Positions 15,353 through 25,223 of a stretch of 28,107 nt of DNA are shown one piece after another. The position numbers were made by a program, and so were the translations under genes. Position 1 is the first letter of the stretch. Every line of letters begins with the position of its first letter. The stretch lies in NCBI GenBank assembly GCA_964595295.1, contig CAZQPT010000005.1, forward strand, positions 1-28,107, written 5' to 3'. The stretch comes from an uncultured Candidatus Saccharibacteria bacterium. Its GTDB lineage: Bacteria; Patescibacteriota; Saccharimonadia; Saccharimonadales; UBA4665. The notes under the pieces are model-generated. The model had not been told where the DNA came from. It saw nothing but the letters and a program-made list of their open reading frames with translations, and made no database searches.

Positions 15353-17312
15353 GTTAAGCTGGGCGGCAGTGCACCACGACAAAATTGTCATGGGTGGCGT
15401 GTCTATGATGGTACTTTCACTGGTCGGTCTGGTCGCGCTTATTACCTATGCCAAACGCTGGAAATGGCTATATAAAAACTGGCTGACATCACTTGACCCA
15501 AAAAAGATTGGTGTCATGTACATTATTATAGGGTTAGTCATGTTATTAAGAGGCGTCGCTGATACGATTTTACTTCGAGCTCAGCAGGCGACATCTGTTG
15601 GTAATTCTCACGGCATCTTAACTTCGGATCATTTTCAGCAAATATTTTCGGCCCACGGCACTATTATGATCTTCTTCGTGGCCATGGGTCTAATGTTTGG
15701 GCTGATCAACTTGATAGTGCCACTACAAATCGGTGCCCGGGACGTAGCCTTTCCATTTCTGAATTCCATTAGTTTCTGGCTTTTCGCGGCAGGCATGGCA
15801 CTGGTTAACTTATCACTGATGGTTGGTGAGTTCTCAGCCGCCGGCTGGCTAGCCTATCCACCGTTGTCCGGTCTACACTATAGTCCGGGAGTCGGGGTCG
15901 ATTACTGGATATGGAGCTTGCAAATAGCCGGAGTCGGCAGCTTGTTATCTGGCATCAACTTCCTAGTCACCATACTCAAAATGCGCGCCCCGGGAATGAC
16001 ATTGATGAAAATGCCGATGTTCGTTTGGAGCGTGCTGTGCAGCATGATAATGGTAATTTTTGCTTTCCCAATCCTAACAGCCACACTAGCAATGCTATCT
16101 CTGGACCGAACGATCGGCACCCACTTCTTCACGTCGGACTTTGGCGGCAATCCTATGATGTACATTAATCTTATCTGGGCCTGGGGACATCCGGAGGTGT
16201 ATATTCTGGTGCTTCCGGCTTTTGGTATCTTCTCCGAAGTAGTGGCAACATTCTCACGTAAGCGCTTGTTCGGCTACGTTTCGATGGTTTGGGCGTTGAG
16301 CTCAATTTCGTTTCTGTCGTTTTTAGTCTGGCTTCACCACTTTTTTACCATGGGGGCAGGGGCCGACGTTAATGCCTTCTTTGGCATAATGACAGGTGTT
16401 ATTGCCATTCCTACCGGTGTTAAAATCTTTAACTGGCTCTTTACGATGTTTCGAGGCCGGATCAAGTTCGCCACGCCAATGTTATGGTTCTTGGGCTTCG
16501 TGGTTATCTTTACGATCGGCGGCCTGGCAGGCGTACTGATGTCTGTTCCCGCCATTGATTTCCAGGTACATAACAGTCTGTTCCTGGTGGCCCACTTTCA
16601 TATGATGATCGTAGGCGGAGTGTTGTTCGGTTACTTCGCTGGCATAACTTACTGGTTCCCGAAAATTTTTGGCTTTAATCTCAACGAACGGCTGGGCAAG
16701 TACGCTTTTTGGAGCTGGATAGTCGGTTTCACTCTGGCGTTCACGCCTTTGTATATACTAGGCCTAATGGGTGCCACCCGACGGCTTGATCACTACGACA
16801 AATCGTTAGGCTGGCAGGGCTTGTTCGTTGTTGCCGGCGTCGGAGTAATGATTATCCTGCTAGGGCTTGGCTTTCAGATTTTACAGTTTATCGTTAGTTT
16901 TTGGCAGCGTGACAAAAACCTCGACAAAACGGGCGACCCCTGGAATGGTCGGACCTTGGAATGGTCTACGGTATCGCCTGCTCCTTTTTATAATTATGCC
17001 GTAACCCCGGTTGTCACCGATCGCGATCAATTTTGGGTGAACAAACAGTCTAAGACCCATGTCATTAAACATCGTTACGAGGACATAGAAATGCCAAAAA
17101 ACACCGGCATGGGTATACTAATCGCCTTTTTTGCTTTTGTCTTTGGCTTTGCTGTTATTTGGCACATTATCTGGTTAATACCGATGGGCCTGTTTGGCAT
17201 TATTATCAGTGTTATTGTCCGCTCAACCAATGATGACACGGAATATACCATTACGGCCAACGAGCTGGCTAAGCTTGATAGAGAAAGCAAAACAGCGGGG
17301 CAGTCATTATGA
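15342..17312 (+). CDS. cyoB: Cytochrome bo3 ubiquinol oxidase subunit I
   Basis: [40 protein letters not shown]; quinol-site R..D (RGVAD) and H..Q (HFQQ). Confidence 0.98.
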   Translation: MLGKLSWAAVHHDKIVMGGVSMMVLSLVGLVALITYAKRWKWLYKNWLTSLDPKKIGVMYIIIGLVMLLRGVADTILLRAQQATSVGNSHGILTSDHFQQIFSAHGTIMIFFVAMGLMFGLINLIVPLQIGARDVAFPFLNSISFWLFAAGMALVNLSLMVGEFSAAGWLAYPPLSGLHYSPGVGVDYWIWSLQIAGVGSLLSGINFLVTILKMRAPGMTLMKMPMFVWSVLCSMIMVIFAFPILTATLAMLSLDRTIGTHFFTSDFGGNPMMYINLIWAWGHPEVYILVLPAFGIFSEVVATFSRKRLFGYVSMVWALSSISFLSFLVWLHHFFTMGAGADVNAFFGIMTGVIAIPTGVKIFNWLFTMFRGRIKFATPMLWFLGFVVIFTIGGLAGVLMSVPAIDFQVHNSLFLVAHFHMMIVGGVLFGYFAGITYWFPKIFGFNLNERLGKYAFWSWIVGFTLAFTPLYILGLMGATRRLDHYDKSLGWQGLFVVAGVGVMIILLGLGFQILQFIVSFWQRDKNLDKTGDPWNGRTLEWSTVSPAPFYNYAVTPVVTDRDQFWVNKQSKTHVIKHRYEDIEMPKNTGMGILIAFFAFVFGFAVIWHIIWLIPMGLFGIIISVIVRSTNDDTEYTITANELAKLDRESKTAGQSL

Positions 17313-17908
17313 TCACGTCTGCGGCGACCCAAGCTGTTGAACAGCAAAACAATCATTCTAAGACCATCTTTGGTTTCTGGGTATATATTATGACCGACTG
17401 CGTGTTGTTTGCCAGCCTGTTCGCCACCTACGCCGTGCTACACAACAATACCTACGGTGGCCCGTCAGGCAGTGATCTATTCAAACTACCCTCAATACTG
17501 GCCGAGACGCTCATTCTGCTGACAAGCAGCTTCACGTGCGGCTTGGCGATGCTAGCCGCTCACCGTGGTGATCGGCAAAAGACTATTAATTGGTTTGCCG
17601 TGACGTTTTGTTTGGGCGTCGCGTTCTTATCAATGGAATTGATTGAGTTTAGCAGCCTGGCTAATGAAGGCAATAGCTGGACACGTAGCGGCTTTTTAAC
17701 CTCTTTCTTTACGTTGGTTGGCACGCACGGCCTGCACATCGCGACCGGCTTACTCTGGACAATCGTTTTAATGGTTCAGGTAACGCGCAAAGGCCTGACT
17801 CCGTCAACGGTTAAGCGCTTGACTATGCTTAGCTTATTTTGGCACTTCCTGGACATCGTCTGGATCTTTATATTCACAATTGTTTATCTTATGGGGGCAA
17901 CGGTATGA
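17309..17908 (+). CDS. cyoC: Cytochrome bo3 subunit III
   Basis: [41 protein letters not shown]. Confidence 0.96.
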   Translation: MITSAATQAVEQQNNHSKTIFGFWVYIMTDCVLFASLFATYAVLHNNTYGGPSGSDLFKLPSILAETLILLTSSFTCGLAMLAAHRGDRQKTINWFAVTFCLGVAFLSMELIEFSSLANEGNSWTRSGFLTSFFTLVGTHGLHIATGLLWTIVLMVQVTRKGLTPSTVKRLTMLSLFWHFLDIVWIFIFTIVYLMGATV

Positions 17909-18264
17909 GAGACGCCGCGCCAGGCAGTTTTAAGTCATACACAATTGGCTTTATATTGTCAGTCGTTCTGACACTTGGGGCTTACTCGCTAGTGGTTAAT
18001 CATGTACTGACGGGTTGGAATTTAGCCTTTGGACTGATAGCCTTGGCCATACTGCAACTGTTGGTTCAGTTGATATTTTTCTTACACCTTAGTAATGAAT
18101 CTAGCCCTCGATGGAACCTGATCGCGTTCACCTTTATGCTTACGGTGGTTCTGATCGTAGCTATCGGCACTTTATGGATAATGAACAATCTGGACTACAA
18201 TCATGGTCACACACCCAGTGAAACCGATCAAACAATAATTCAGGACGAGTTAATCAAGCGCTAA
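17905..18264 (+). CDS. cyoD: Cytochrome bo3 subunit IV
   Basis: YTIGFILSVVLT, QLLVQLIFFLHL, GTLWIMNNL. Start set at the ATGA overlap 17905. Confidence 0.93.
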   Translation: MRDAAPGSFKSYTIGFILSVVLTLGAYSLVVNHVLTGWNLAFGLIALAILQLLVQLIFFLHLSNESSPRWNLIAFTFMLTVVLIVAIGTLWIMNNLDYNHGHTPSETDQTIIQDELIKR

Positions 18265-18266
18265 CC

Positions 18267-19121
18267 GTGATCAAAAAATACTATCAACTTACCAAACCGG
18301 GTATCATACGCGGTAACTTAATAACCGCCGCGGCCGGATTTTTTTTAGCTTCTCAGGGCACAGTTAAACTAGATTTACTTTTGTACACCTTGGCAGGGAT
18401 ATCACTTGTCATCGCTTCGGCCTGTGTTTTTAATAATTATTTGGACCGTGATATTGATCAGCTAATGGAACGTACTCGTAAGCGGGCTCTTGTGAGCGGA
18501 TCTATATCTGGAAAAAATGCCCTGATATTCGCATCAACCTTAGGTACTCTGGGTGTTCTACTCTTAGCTATATTTACCAATTTGATCACCGTATATATCG
18601 GGCTGTCTGGCTTTGTTGCATATGTGATCCTCTATGGATATTACAAACGCCGAACCGTGCACGGAACACTAATTGGCACTATATCGGGAGCCATGCCCCC
18701 AGTTGCCGGATATACGGCAGTGACTAATAGACTTGATTCAGCCGCGCTAGTACTTTTTATAATCTTAATCTTCTGGCAAATGCCTCATTTTTACGCTATT
18801 GCCATGTACCGCTTTAAAGATTACTCTGCCGCGAAAATACCAGTATTACCGGTGGTGAAAAGTATGTCAGCAACTAAAATTCAGACACTAATATATATAC
18901 TTGGATTTACCGTGGCGTCAGCAATGTTAACTTTTTTGGGTTACTGTGGTTATGGTTACTTTGCCGTGACTCTCATGTTGGGAGCTACGTGGTTCGGTTA
19001 TGGTGTCCGCGAGTTTAATAAGGCTGGGGATATTTTATGGGGTCGTAAGATGTTTTTATTCTCCTTAATCGTGATTTTGCTGCTATGTCTGTCTATCTCG
19101 CTGGATTCGTTCATAAGCTGA
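18267..19121 (+). CDS. cyoE: Heme o synthase (protoheme IX farnesyltransferase)
   Basis: LTKPGII, NNYLDRDIDQLMERTRKR, GAMPP, WQMPHFYAI. Confidence 0.96.
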   Translation: MIKKYYQLTKPGIIRGNLITAAAGFFLASQGTVKLDLLLYTLAGISLVIASACVFNNYLDRDIDQLMERTRKRALVSGSISGKNALIFASTLGTLGVLLLAIFTNLITVYIGLSGFVAYVILYGYYKRRTVHGTLIGTISGAMPPVAGYTAVTNRLDSAALVLFIILIFWQMPHFYAIAMYRFKDYSAAKIPVLPVVKSMSATKIQTLIYILGFTVASAMLTFLGYCGYGYFAVTLMLGATWFGYGVREFNKAGDILWGRKMFLFSLIVILLLCLSISLDSFIS

Positions 19122-19145
19122 GGGGTGCTGTGGTACTGTAGTTAA

Positions 19146-19478
19146 ATGCTGCTTAAAAAATACCGCTGGTCACGAGACTACGAATCAGCCGAAGAAGAGC
19201 TATTACAAATGTTCGGGGCAAAGAACATCAATGCCCAGCGCTGGACAGCCCATGGCGATGAAGAACTGGCCTCAAGAGTACACGCTCTTGATAGAAAACT
19301 ATGGTGCGCTGAAGGCTCAATTATTTTCACCTTTGAGGGTAAAAAAATCTCGCTGCAGGCTGGCGACGCGCTGGACATTCCAGCCTATACCGTACATTCC
19401 GCGCTAGGCGGTTTTAGTGGTTGCGCTATCTATGAATCGCCTACGGTTGCGGAAAATCCAGCGATTTTACAGGTTTAG
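19146..19478 (+). CDS. Cupin-fold protein
   Basis: EGSIIF...LQAGDALDIPAYTVH cupin motif 2; motif 1 has only one His. Confidence 0.7.
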   Translation: MLLKKYRWSRDYESAEEELLQMFGAKNINAQRWTAHGDEELASRVHALDRKLWCAEGSIIFTFEGKKISLQAGDALDIPAYTVHSALGGFSGCAIYESPTVAENPAILQV

Positions 19479-19560
19479 TGTAAGAATTCCCATAGTACTT
19501 ATGTTGAGCGGGGAATAAGATGAAATTAGTGTTGACCTGCGACATCAGTCGCGAACACAG

Positions 19561-19586
19561 AAAAACATCCCAGTAGGGATGTTTTT
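19561..19586. terminator. Bidirectional terminator after cyo-cupin
   Basis: AAAAACATCCC-AGTA-GGGATGTTTTT. Confidence 0.8.
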
Positions 19587-19656
19587 AAATTAATCAAAAC
19601 TTATCAAAATGATCGTATACAAAGTATAGCAATGGATGTATACTTAAAACCAATAT

Positions 19657-20466
19657 ATGCGAAGTACTATAATCTCAGCTACAAACGTCGTTAAGAAGTT
19701 CGGAGATATCACGGCGGTCGACGGTATATCTTTCGAGGTTAAAAAGGGCGAAATATTTGCCTTTTTAGGGCCAAATGGCGCGGGCAAGAGCACGACTATC
19801 AAGATGTTAACTACCATGTTACGTCCTACCGAGGGCGTGCTCAAACTCGCCGGGCACGACGTGACCAAAGAGCGTGATAGCGCGCGTAAAGCTTTTGGTA
19901 TCGTTTTCCAAGATCCCAGCCTAGACGAAGAGCTGTCAGCTTTTGAGAATATGGAACTTCACGGTATTTTATATGGTATTCCAAAAACCGAACGCCAGGC
20001 ACGTATCCAGGAGCTATTGGAATTAGTTGAGCTATGGGGTCGTAAAGATTCAATGATCAAAACTTTTTCCGGCGGTATGCGTCGTCGCCTCGAGATTGCC
20101 AGAGGCCTACTTCACGAACCACGCGTATTATTTTTGGACGAGCCGACACTTGGGCTAGACACTCAAACCCGTAATTTAATGTGGGACTACGTCAAAAAGC
20201 TCAGCGACGAAAAGGGAATGACTATCTTCTTTACCACTCATTATCTGGACGAGGCTGAAGATGTAGCCGGCCGGATCGCGATTATCGATCATGGCAAAAT
20301 CGTCGCTACAGGCACGACAGCGGAGCTGTGCGCGCAGACTAAAACTAAGAATTTAGAAGATGCCTACTTATCATTAACCGGCAAGGCAACCCGCGATGAA
20401 GCCAATAGCGGCAACAATAACGGGCTTAACTTTAAAACTGCCATGCGTAACAAGAACTTAAGGTAG
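19657..20466 (+). CDS. ABC-2 exporter ATP-binding protein (DrrA/NodI-like)
   Basis: GPNGAGKST, FSGGMRRRLEIA, LFLDEPTLGLD, TTHYLDEA. Confidence 0.95.
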   Translation: MRSTIISATNVVKKFGDITAVDGISFEVKKGEIFAFLGPNGAGKSTTIKMLTTMLRPTEGVLKLAGHDVTKERDSARKAFGIVFQDPSLDEELSAFENMELHGILYGIPKTERQARIQELLELVELWGRKDSMIKTFSGGMRRRLEIARGLLHEPRVLFLDEPTLGLDTQTRNLMWDYVKKLSDEKGMTIFFTTHYLDEAEDVAGRIAIIDHGKIVATGTTAELCAQTKTKNLEDAYLSLTGKATRDEANSGNNNGLNFKTAMRNKNLR

Positions 20467-20474
20467 GTATTACT

Positions 20475-21221
20475 ATGGAAATTATTTACGCTCTATGGCT
20501 CCGCCAAGTACGCAGATACTATCGTAGTGGCTCTAGAATTATCGGAACTCTCGGCCAGCCAGTCTTGCTATTGCTAGCGCTGGGCTACGGGATTGGCGCT
20601 ATCTACCAAAAAGCCGGGCAGGGTAATTACCTACAATTTCTAGTACCGGGAATTATCACTCAAACAGTTTTACTTTCGGCTATTTTTTGGGGCATTATTA
20701 TTCTCCAGGATAAACGCTTTGGCTTTTTATCGGAGTTACTGGTGTCGCCGGTGTCACGGATAAAGATACTTTTTGGTAGCGCTCTTGGAGGCGCGACAAT
20801 TTCCATCGCTCAAGGACTTATAGTCTTTGTCATATCAATAGCTTTTGGCTTCCGCCCATATGATTGGCTGCTGGTTATACCGGCCTTCGGTATACTTGTC
20901 TTAACAAGCCTGGCGCTAACCAGTTTCGGGGCCGGCATAGCCTCAATGGTGGATGACTTTCAAGGCTTCCAAAGCATCAATAACCTACTAATAATGCCTT
21001 TGTTTTTTCTATCCAGCGCCCTGTATCCGTTAGATAGCGTTCCGACAGCCTTACGAATAATTAGCACCCTTAATCCGGTTAGCTATATGGTCGATGCTCT
21101 ACGTTTACTGCTTACCAACCAGACACATTTTGGCCTAGGGCTTGATTTAGCAGTGATTGGCGTTACCTTAACCTTAGCTATGCTCTTCGCTGTCAACCGC
21201 TTTAACCGTATTCAAATATAG
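20475..21221 (+). CDS. ABC-2 exporter permease
   Basis: Six TM segments; YLQFLVPGI, GFLSELLVSP, LSSALYP, NPVSYMVDALR. Confidence 0.92.
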   Translation: MEIIYALWLRQVRRYYRSGSRIIGTLGQPVLLLLALGYGIGAIYQKAGQGNYLQFLVPGIITQTVLLSAIFWGIIILQDKRFGFLSELLVSPVSRIKILFGSALGGATISIAQGLIVFVISIAFGFRPYDWLLVIPAFGILVLTSLALTSFGAGIASMVDDFQGFQSINNLLIMPLFFLSSALYPLDSVPTALRIISTLNPVSYMVDALRLLLTNQTHFGLGLDLAVIGVTLTLAMLFAVNRFNRIQI

Positions 21222-21222
21222 T

Positions 21223-22176
21223 CTAGGCTAAGCCAAAGTAGTTATGCCTTTGGCAGTATATAAACGCCACGGCTCCGATAAGTAATGTTAACCAGTAGCT
21301 TATTAACCGATACAAAATAACAGCAGCCAGAGCTGTAGTTCCGGGGACACCGTAAGCGATAAGACCCGCCGCCATGCCTGCCTCCAGCCCGCCCAGGCCC
21401 CCAGGCGTTGGCGTAGCCGTGCCGACGCCTATACCGATGGTAAAGACTACTACTATGGCTACGAAGGACAAGTGGCCGCCTAGTGCCAGCAGACAGATAT
21501 ATAGGCTCAGCATGTTAAATAAAGTTAGTGATATGGAGCTGGTTAGCGCCGCGGCTAGACGGAGTGGTCGTTGGCTATATTGACCGAACTGTTTAACTAT
21601 ATCGCCGAGCGCGCCTGACAACTTATGACGTGATTTTGGGAAAATAAGTAAAAACGCGCAGCAAGCCAGTATTAAGATAAATCCAAGCCAAATATTAACG
21701 CCAGTAATACCGGGCAATCGGAATGGCGGCGCGCTGGCGTGGAAAAAAGCCATGGCTATACCGAAAACTATGCCATGCCCAATAAACCCAAAAAGGTTAT
21801 TTACCCCGACCACAGCCGCCGCCTGTGCCGAAGTATGTCGATTTTTTCGCAAGTAAGCGTAGTTAACTCCAAGAGCTCCCACCCCACCGGGCAGTAGACG
21901 ATTAACAAACATGGCCGCGAACTGTGTTACCGCGGTTTTATAATACGAGAGCGTTTTAAACGCTAAAAAGTAATAGGTAGCCGCCGCCGAAAGATAGGTT
22001 AGCGTCACTAATAGCGTAGCGAGCAAGGCATACGACCAGTTAAGCGTACCAAGTAAATTTACGCTTTCACCAAAACCATCAAGTTGAGGCAGTAACACTA
22101 AGATCACGAGTACTACAGCTAGAAAGCCTAGCAGTTTACCTCTGTTAGGACGTAAGTTTCGTTTTTCATCGGTCAT
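21223..22176 (-). CDS. Lysylphosphatidylglycerol-synthase TM domain / UPF0104 flippase-like protein
   Basis: NRLLPGGVG, PTPGGLGGLE, YRLISYW. Probable start MTDEK at 22176 (track start 22236). Confidence 0.85.
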   Translation of the reverse strand: MTDEKRNLRPNRGKLLGFLAVVLVILVLLPQLDGFGESVNLLGTLNWSYALLATLLVTLTYLSAAATYYFLAFKTLSYYKTAVTQFAAMFVNRLLPGGVGALGVNYAYLRKNRHTSAQAAAVVGVNNLFGFIGHGIVFGIAMAFFHASAPPFRLPGITGVNIWLGFILILACCAFLLIFPKSRHKLSGALGDIVKQFGQYSQRPLRLAAALTSSISLTLFNMLSLYICLLALGGHLSFVAIVVVFTIGIGVGTATPTPGGLGGLEAGMAAGLIAYGVPGTTALAAVILYRLISYWLTLLIGAVAFIYCQRHNYFGLA

Positions 22177-22343
22177 ATCTAGTATTATTACCGAGCCGAC
22201 GCTTATGTACAAGTTTATAACATGATATAACACCACATAATGTTGAAGTGTTGAAATTCTTACGCATGCAATTAGGGGTGGTGTGCTTTACTATAACTAT
22301 AAGCGTACGCTGGTTACGCTCAAACATTTTCAACAAGGAGATC

Positions 22344-23282
22344 ATGAAAGTCAAAAAAAGTACCTCTGATATTACTAGTCGTGTCATTCAACGCTACGTT
22401 ATGGTGGCCAGCTTGTACGTACTACTTATATTTATTCTGCCGACCAATGTCAGCGTAATGCGAGAACACTCACTTTCTGATCTGCAGTATCGGGTACTGC
22501 TTTTTGCTATCGCTCTGCCTTCGCTCATGGCCTGGCTGGCTGCTTTTATTGGTTACGCGCGTCTCCACCAGTACGCCAAATCAGTAGCGGGCACGCCGGA
22601 AGGTCCAAGCTATAAACGATTAGCCAAAGGCTGCACTTGGCTAGCTTGGAGTTTACCCGCGCCTTTACTTTTGTCGTTTGTATTGCTTGCTTATGCTCAA
22701 AGTCATTCGCAATTTCGCCCGACTGCTATCGTTATAAGTAATTACCTATATCTTATTTTTCCGCTTGTAGCGTTAACGTTGGTTGGCATGGCTTCCCGCG
22801 GCTTGACATCCAGCGCCAGGCTAACATTTAGCGTTGCCAGGGCACGCGGTATTATAGTGGCATTTATCATAGCCGGGTTATTGTACTGTTACTTCACTTT
22901 TCAGAGATTTGATCTTACTAGCTTCACGTCTACTAACAATCCATACTATCTTCCTCTATGGTTAATGGTCATTAGCGTTATTATTCCATACCTATATTCG
23001 TGGTTCATTGGGCTGCTCGCGGCTTTTGAGATCGCGTTATTTAGTAAAAACGTTAAAGGCGTCTTGTACAGACAGTCGCTACGTATGCTCGTATATGGTC
23101 TGACTGCCGTTGTCATTAGCTCGATAGCCCTTCAATATATTAATACTATCTCACCACGCGTAGGCTACGTTGTTCTCGACTCTAAACTAATACTTATATC
23201 TATCTTTAGAATTTTGACCGGACTTGGATTTGTCTTGATCGCTATCGGTGCTAATCGATTAAAAAAGATCGAGGAAGTATAG
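22344..23282 (+). CDS. Polytopic membrane protein (~8 TM), possible stand-alone sensor
   Basis: Hydrophobic segments throughout, no soluble domain; AAGGAG before ATG 22344; first gene of a tight cluster with the kinase. Confidence 0.7.
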   Translation: MKVKKSTSDITSRVIQRYVMVASLYVLLIFILPTNVSVMREHSLSDLQYRVLLFAIALPSLMAWLAAFIGYARLHQYAKSVAGTPEGPSYKRLAKGCTWLAWSLPAPLLLSFVLLAYAQSHSQFRPTAIVISNYLYLIFPLVALTLVGMASRGLTSSARLTFSVARARGIIVAFIIAGLLYCYFTFQRFDLTSFTSTNNPYYLPLWLMVISVIIPYLYSWFIGLLAAFEIALFSKNVKGVLYRQSLRMLVYGLTAVVISSIALQYINTISPRVGYVVLDSKLILISIFRILTGLGFVLIAIGANRLKKIEEV

Positions 23283-23284
23283 TC

Positions 23285-23560
23285 ATGAAAAAGACCAATA
23301 CTCCGCTACTATACACCGAGGTGGTGAACGTCACGCATGTTTATCTCGGACCGGCCGCCGATCGATTTATTTCCCGTCAGGTAGAGAATCATCTTAACAA
23401 ATTGCCCGAAGACATGTCACGCAAAGACTTACTTCAACTTATTGATTGGATAAAAGTCGCCGTTTCGTTGCTAACTGATGATAGCGAAATAGTAGAAGAA
23501 TACGCCGCTCAACTACGCAAACTCGCGTTGCCCCCCAAAACTACAGCGAAGCGCCATTAA
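23285..23560 (+). CDS. Small helical protein with a YLGPAA motif
   Basis: 91 aa, 2 nt after the upstream stop and 12 nt before the kinase; no family named with confidence. Confidence 0.7.
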   Translation: MKKTNTPLLYTEVVNVTHVYLGPAADRFISRQVENHLNKLPEDMSRKDLLQLIDWIKVAVSLLTDDSEIVEEYAAQLRKLALPPKTTAKRH

Positions 23561-23572
23561 GTTAGTATTGTT

Positions 23573-24730
23573 ATGCCGAGATTAACTGAACCACAAGACC
23601 AATCTGACCGCTCAACTGTCGAGCAACAAGCCGAGGCCGAGGCATTATTCACCAGTATTGGTGACGGTGCTATTTCAACTGATGAATTTGGGCGAATTAC
23701 AAGGGTTAATCCCGTCGCTCAAGAGATTCTTGGTTATAGCGAAGAAGAACTGATTGGCGAATGGTTTCCTAAAAAAGTTATAGCTATTACCAGTAACGAT
23801 GCCGTGGTAAACCTAATTGATAGACCAATTACCAAAGCTTTTTTAACCGGCCGATCCGTTTCAGAAAAAATGCACTACCGACGCGCGAACGGTCAAAAAG
23901 TACCGGTAGCGATTAGCGTGTCACCGATATTGCTTGAGGGCAGGCCGCTTGGGGCCGTTGAAGTTTTCCGTGACATTACATTCGAACAAGAAGTCGACAG
24001 AATGAAAAGCGAGTTTATTTCGCTGGCGTCGCATCAACTTAGAACGCCATTGTCGGCAATTAAGACCTATTCTCATATGTTGGTGGATGGCTATATGGGC
24101 GAGCTTACTCAAACTCAAAAGAAGTCATTACGTACCATCATTAGTGGCGCCAATCGTATGAACGAGCTCATAAGTACCCTGCTTAATGTTACTCGCATAG
24201 AGAGTGGCTCAATAGCCGTGACGCCTAAAGTCATTCAAATTGAACGAACAATTGACGACGTCATTAAAGAAGTATCAATGATGGCCGCGGACAAAGCGAT
24301 AAGCTTAAACGTCACCAATTTGAGTAACAAAAATATATCTGTCAAAACCGACGCCTTAATATTAAAAGAAATAATAACCAACCTGGTATCCAACGCTATA
24401 AAATACACCCCAGAGAACGGCAATGTCAGCATAACGACTCTTCAACGTCCCAAAGATATCCTTATTACGGTTACCGATACCGGCTGGGGGATTCCATTAC
24501 AATCAAAGGATCAGATTTTTAGTAAGTTTTTTAGGGCACCAAATATTGTCAGGCGCGAAACAACGGGTACCGGGCTTGGATTATATCTGGTTAAAGGGCT
24601 GGTAGATACTATTGGTGGTAGCATTAATTTCGAGAGCGTGGAGGGAGAAGGCACTAGCTTTTTCCTCACCCTACCTCGTGGTCGTAAAAAATCAGCTAAA
24701 AAGATTAACCCGAAGACGTCTACAGTTTGA
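23573..24730 (+). CDS. Soluble PAS-HisKA-HATPase histidine kinase
   Basis: PAS (IGDGAISTD...VNPVA...LGYSEEELIG...FRDIT), H-box ASHQLRTPL, N-box NLVSNAIKY, DTGWGI, GTGLGL; no TM helix. Confidence 0.95.
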   Translation: MPRLTEPQDQSDRSTVEQQAEAEALFTSIGDGAISTDEFGRITRVNPVAQEILGYSEEELIGEWFPKKVIAITSNDAVVNLIDRPITKAFLTGRSVSEKMHYRRANGQKVPVAISVSPILLEGRPLGAVEVFRDITFEQEVDRMKSEFISLASHQLRTPLSAIKTYSHMLVDGYMGELTQTQKKSLRTIISGANRMNELISTLLNVTRIESGSIAVTPKVIQIERTIDDVIKEVSMMAADKAISLNVTNLSNKNISVKTDALILKEIITNLVSNAIKYTPENGNVSITTLQRPKDILITVTDTGWGIPLQSKDQIFSKFFRAPNIVRRETTGTGLGLYLVKGLVDTIGGSINFESVEGEGTSFFLTLPRGRKKSAKKINPKTSTV

Positions 24731-24743
24731 GTGTGTAAAATAT

Positions 24744-24772
24744 TTGATACTGGGGCAGTAGTCTTATATGAT
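24744..24772 (+). promoter_or_regulatory. Candidate promoter for the response regulator
   Basis: TTGATA-17 bp-TATGAT. Confidence 0.5.
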
Positions 24773-24812
24773 ATAAATGAAGCTATAAATTAGAAAAAAA
24801 GGATGTAAAGTT

Positions 24813-25223
24813 TTGGCACGTATTTTAATTGTTGAAGACGATCGCGACCTAAATAATGCTTATTCAATCATCCTCAAAAATGAAGGCCATGAGGTCGTTG
24901 AAGCCTACGACGGCCAAGAAGCCTTATCTAAGGTTAAAGATTTTTCACCAGATCTGATTCTTTTAGATCTTTTAATGCCTATAATGGGCGGTTTGGAATT
25001 CTTGCAGCATTACGATCTCCTCAAGGCTCACTCTAACGTTAAGGTTTTGATTTTTACTAACATGGAAAACTCTCCTGAAGTGACCGAAGCCTACAAGCTT
25101 GGCGCTCATCGTTGCATAATCAAATCCTGGACTGCTCCGCACAACTTAGCCCGTGTTATAAGCGACGCCCTAACGACAAAATCAGCCAAAACCCCCAAAA
25201 CAGTTAAAGCGCCTAAAGCTTAG
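24813..25223 (+). CDS. Single-domain response regulator (REC only)
   Basis: ILIVEDD, LLDLLMP (phospho-Asp), FTN, IIKS; TTG start; no output domain. Confidence 0.92.
   Translation: MARILIVEDDRDLNNAYSIILKNEGHEVVEAYDGQEALSKVKDFSPDLILLDLLMPIMGGLEFLQHYDLLKAHSNVKVLIFTNMENSPEVTEAYKLGAHRCIIKSWTAPHNLARVISDALTTKSAKTPKTVKAPKA

Noticed and set aside
14563-17356. Several short ORFs inside cyoA/cyoB
   Set aside because: Shadow frames of strongly conserved genes.
23573-23990. PAS domain as a FixL-like heme O2 sensor for cyo
   Set aside because: No proximal His is seen at the FixL-equivalent position, and nothing in the sequence ties it to cyo.
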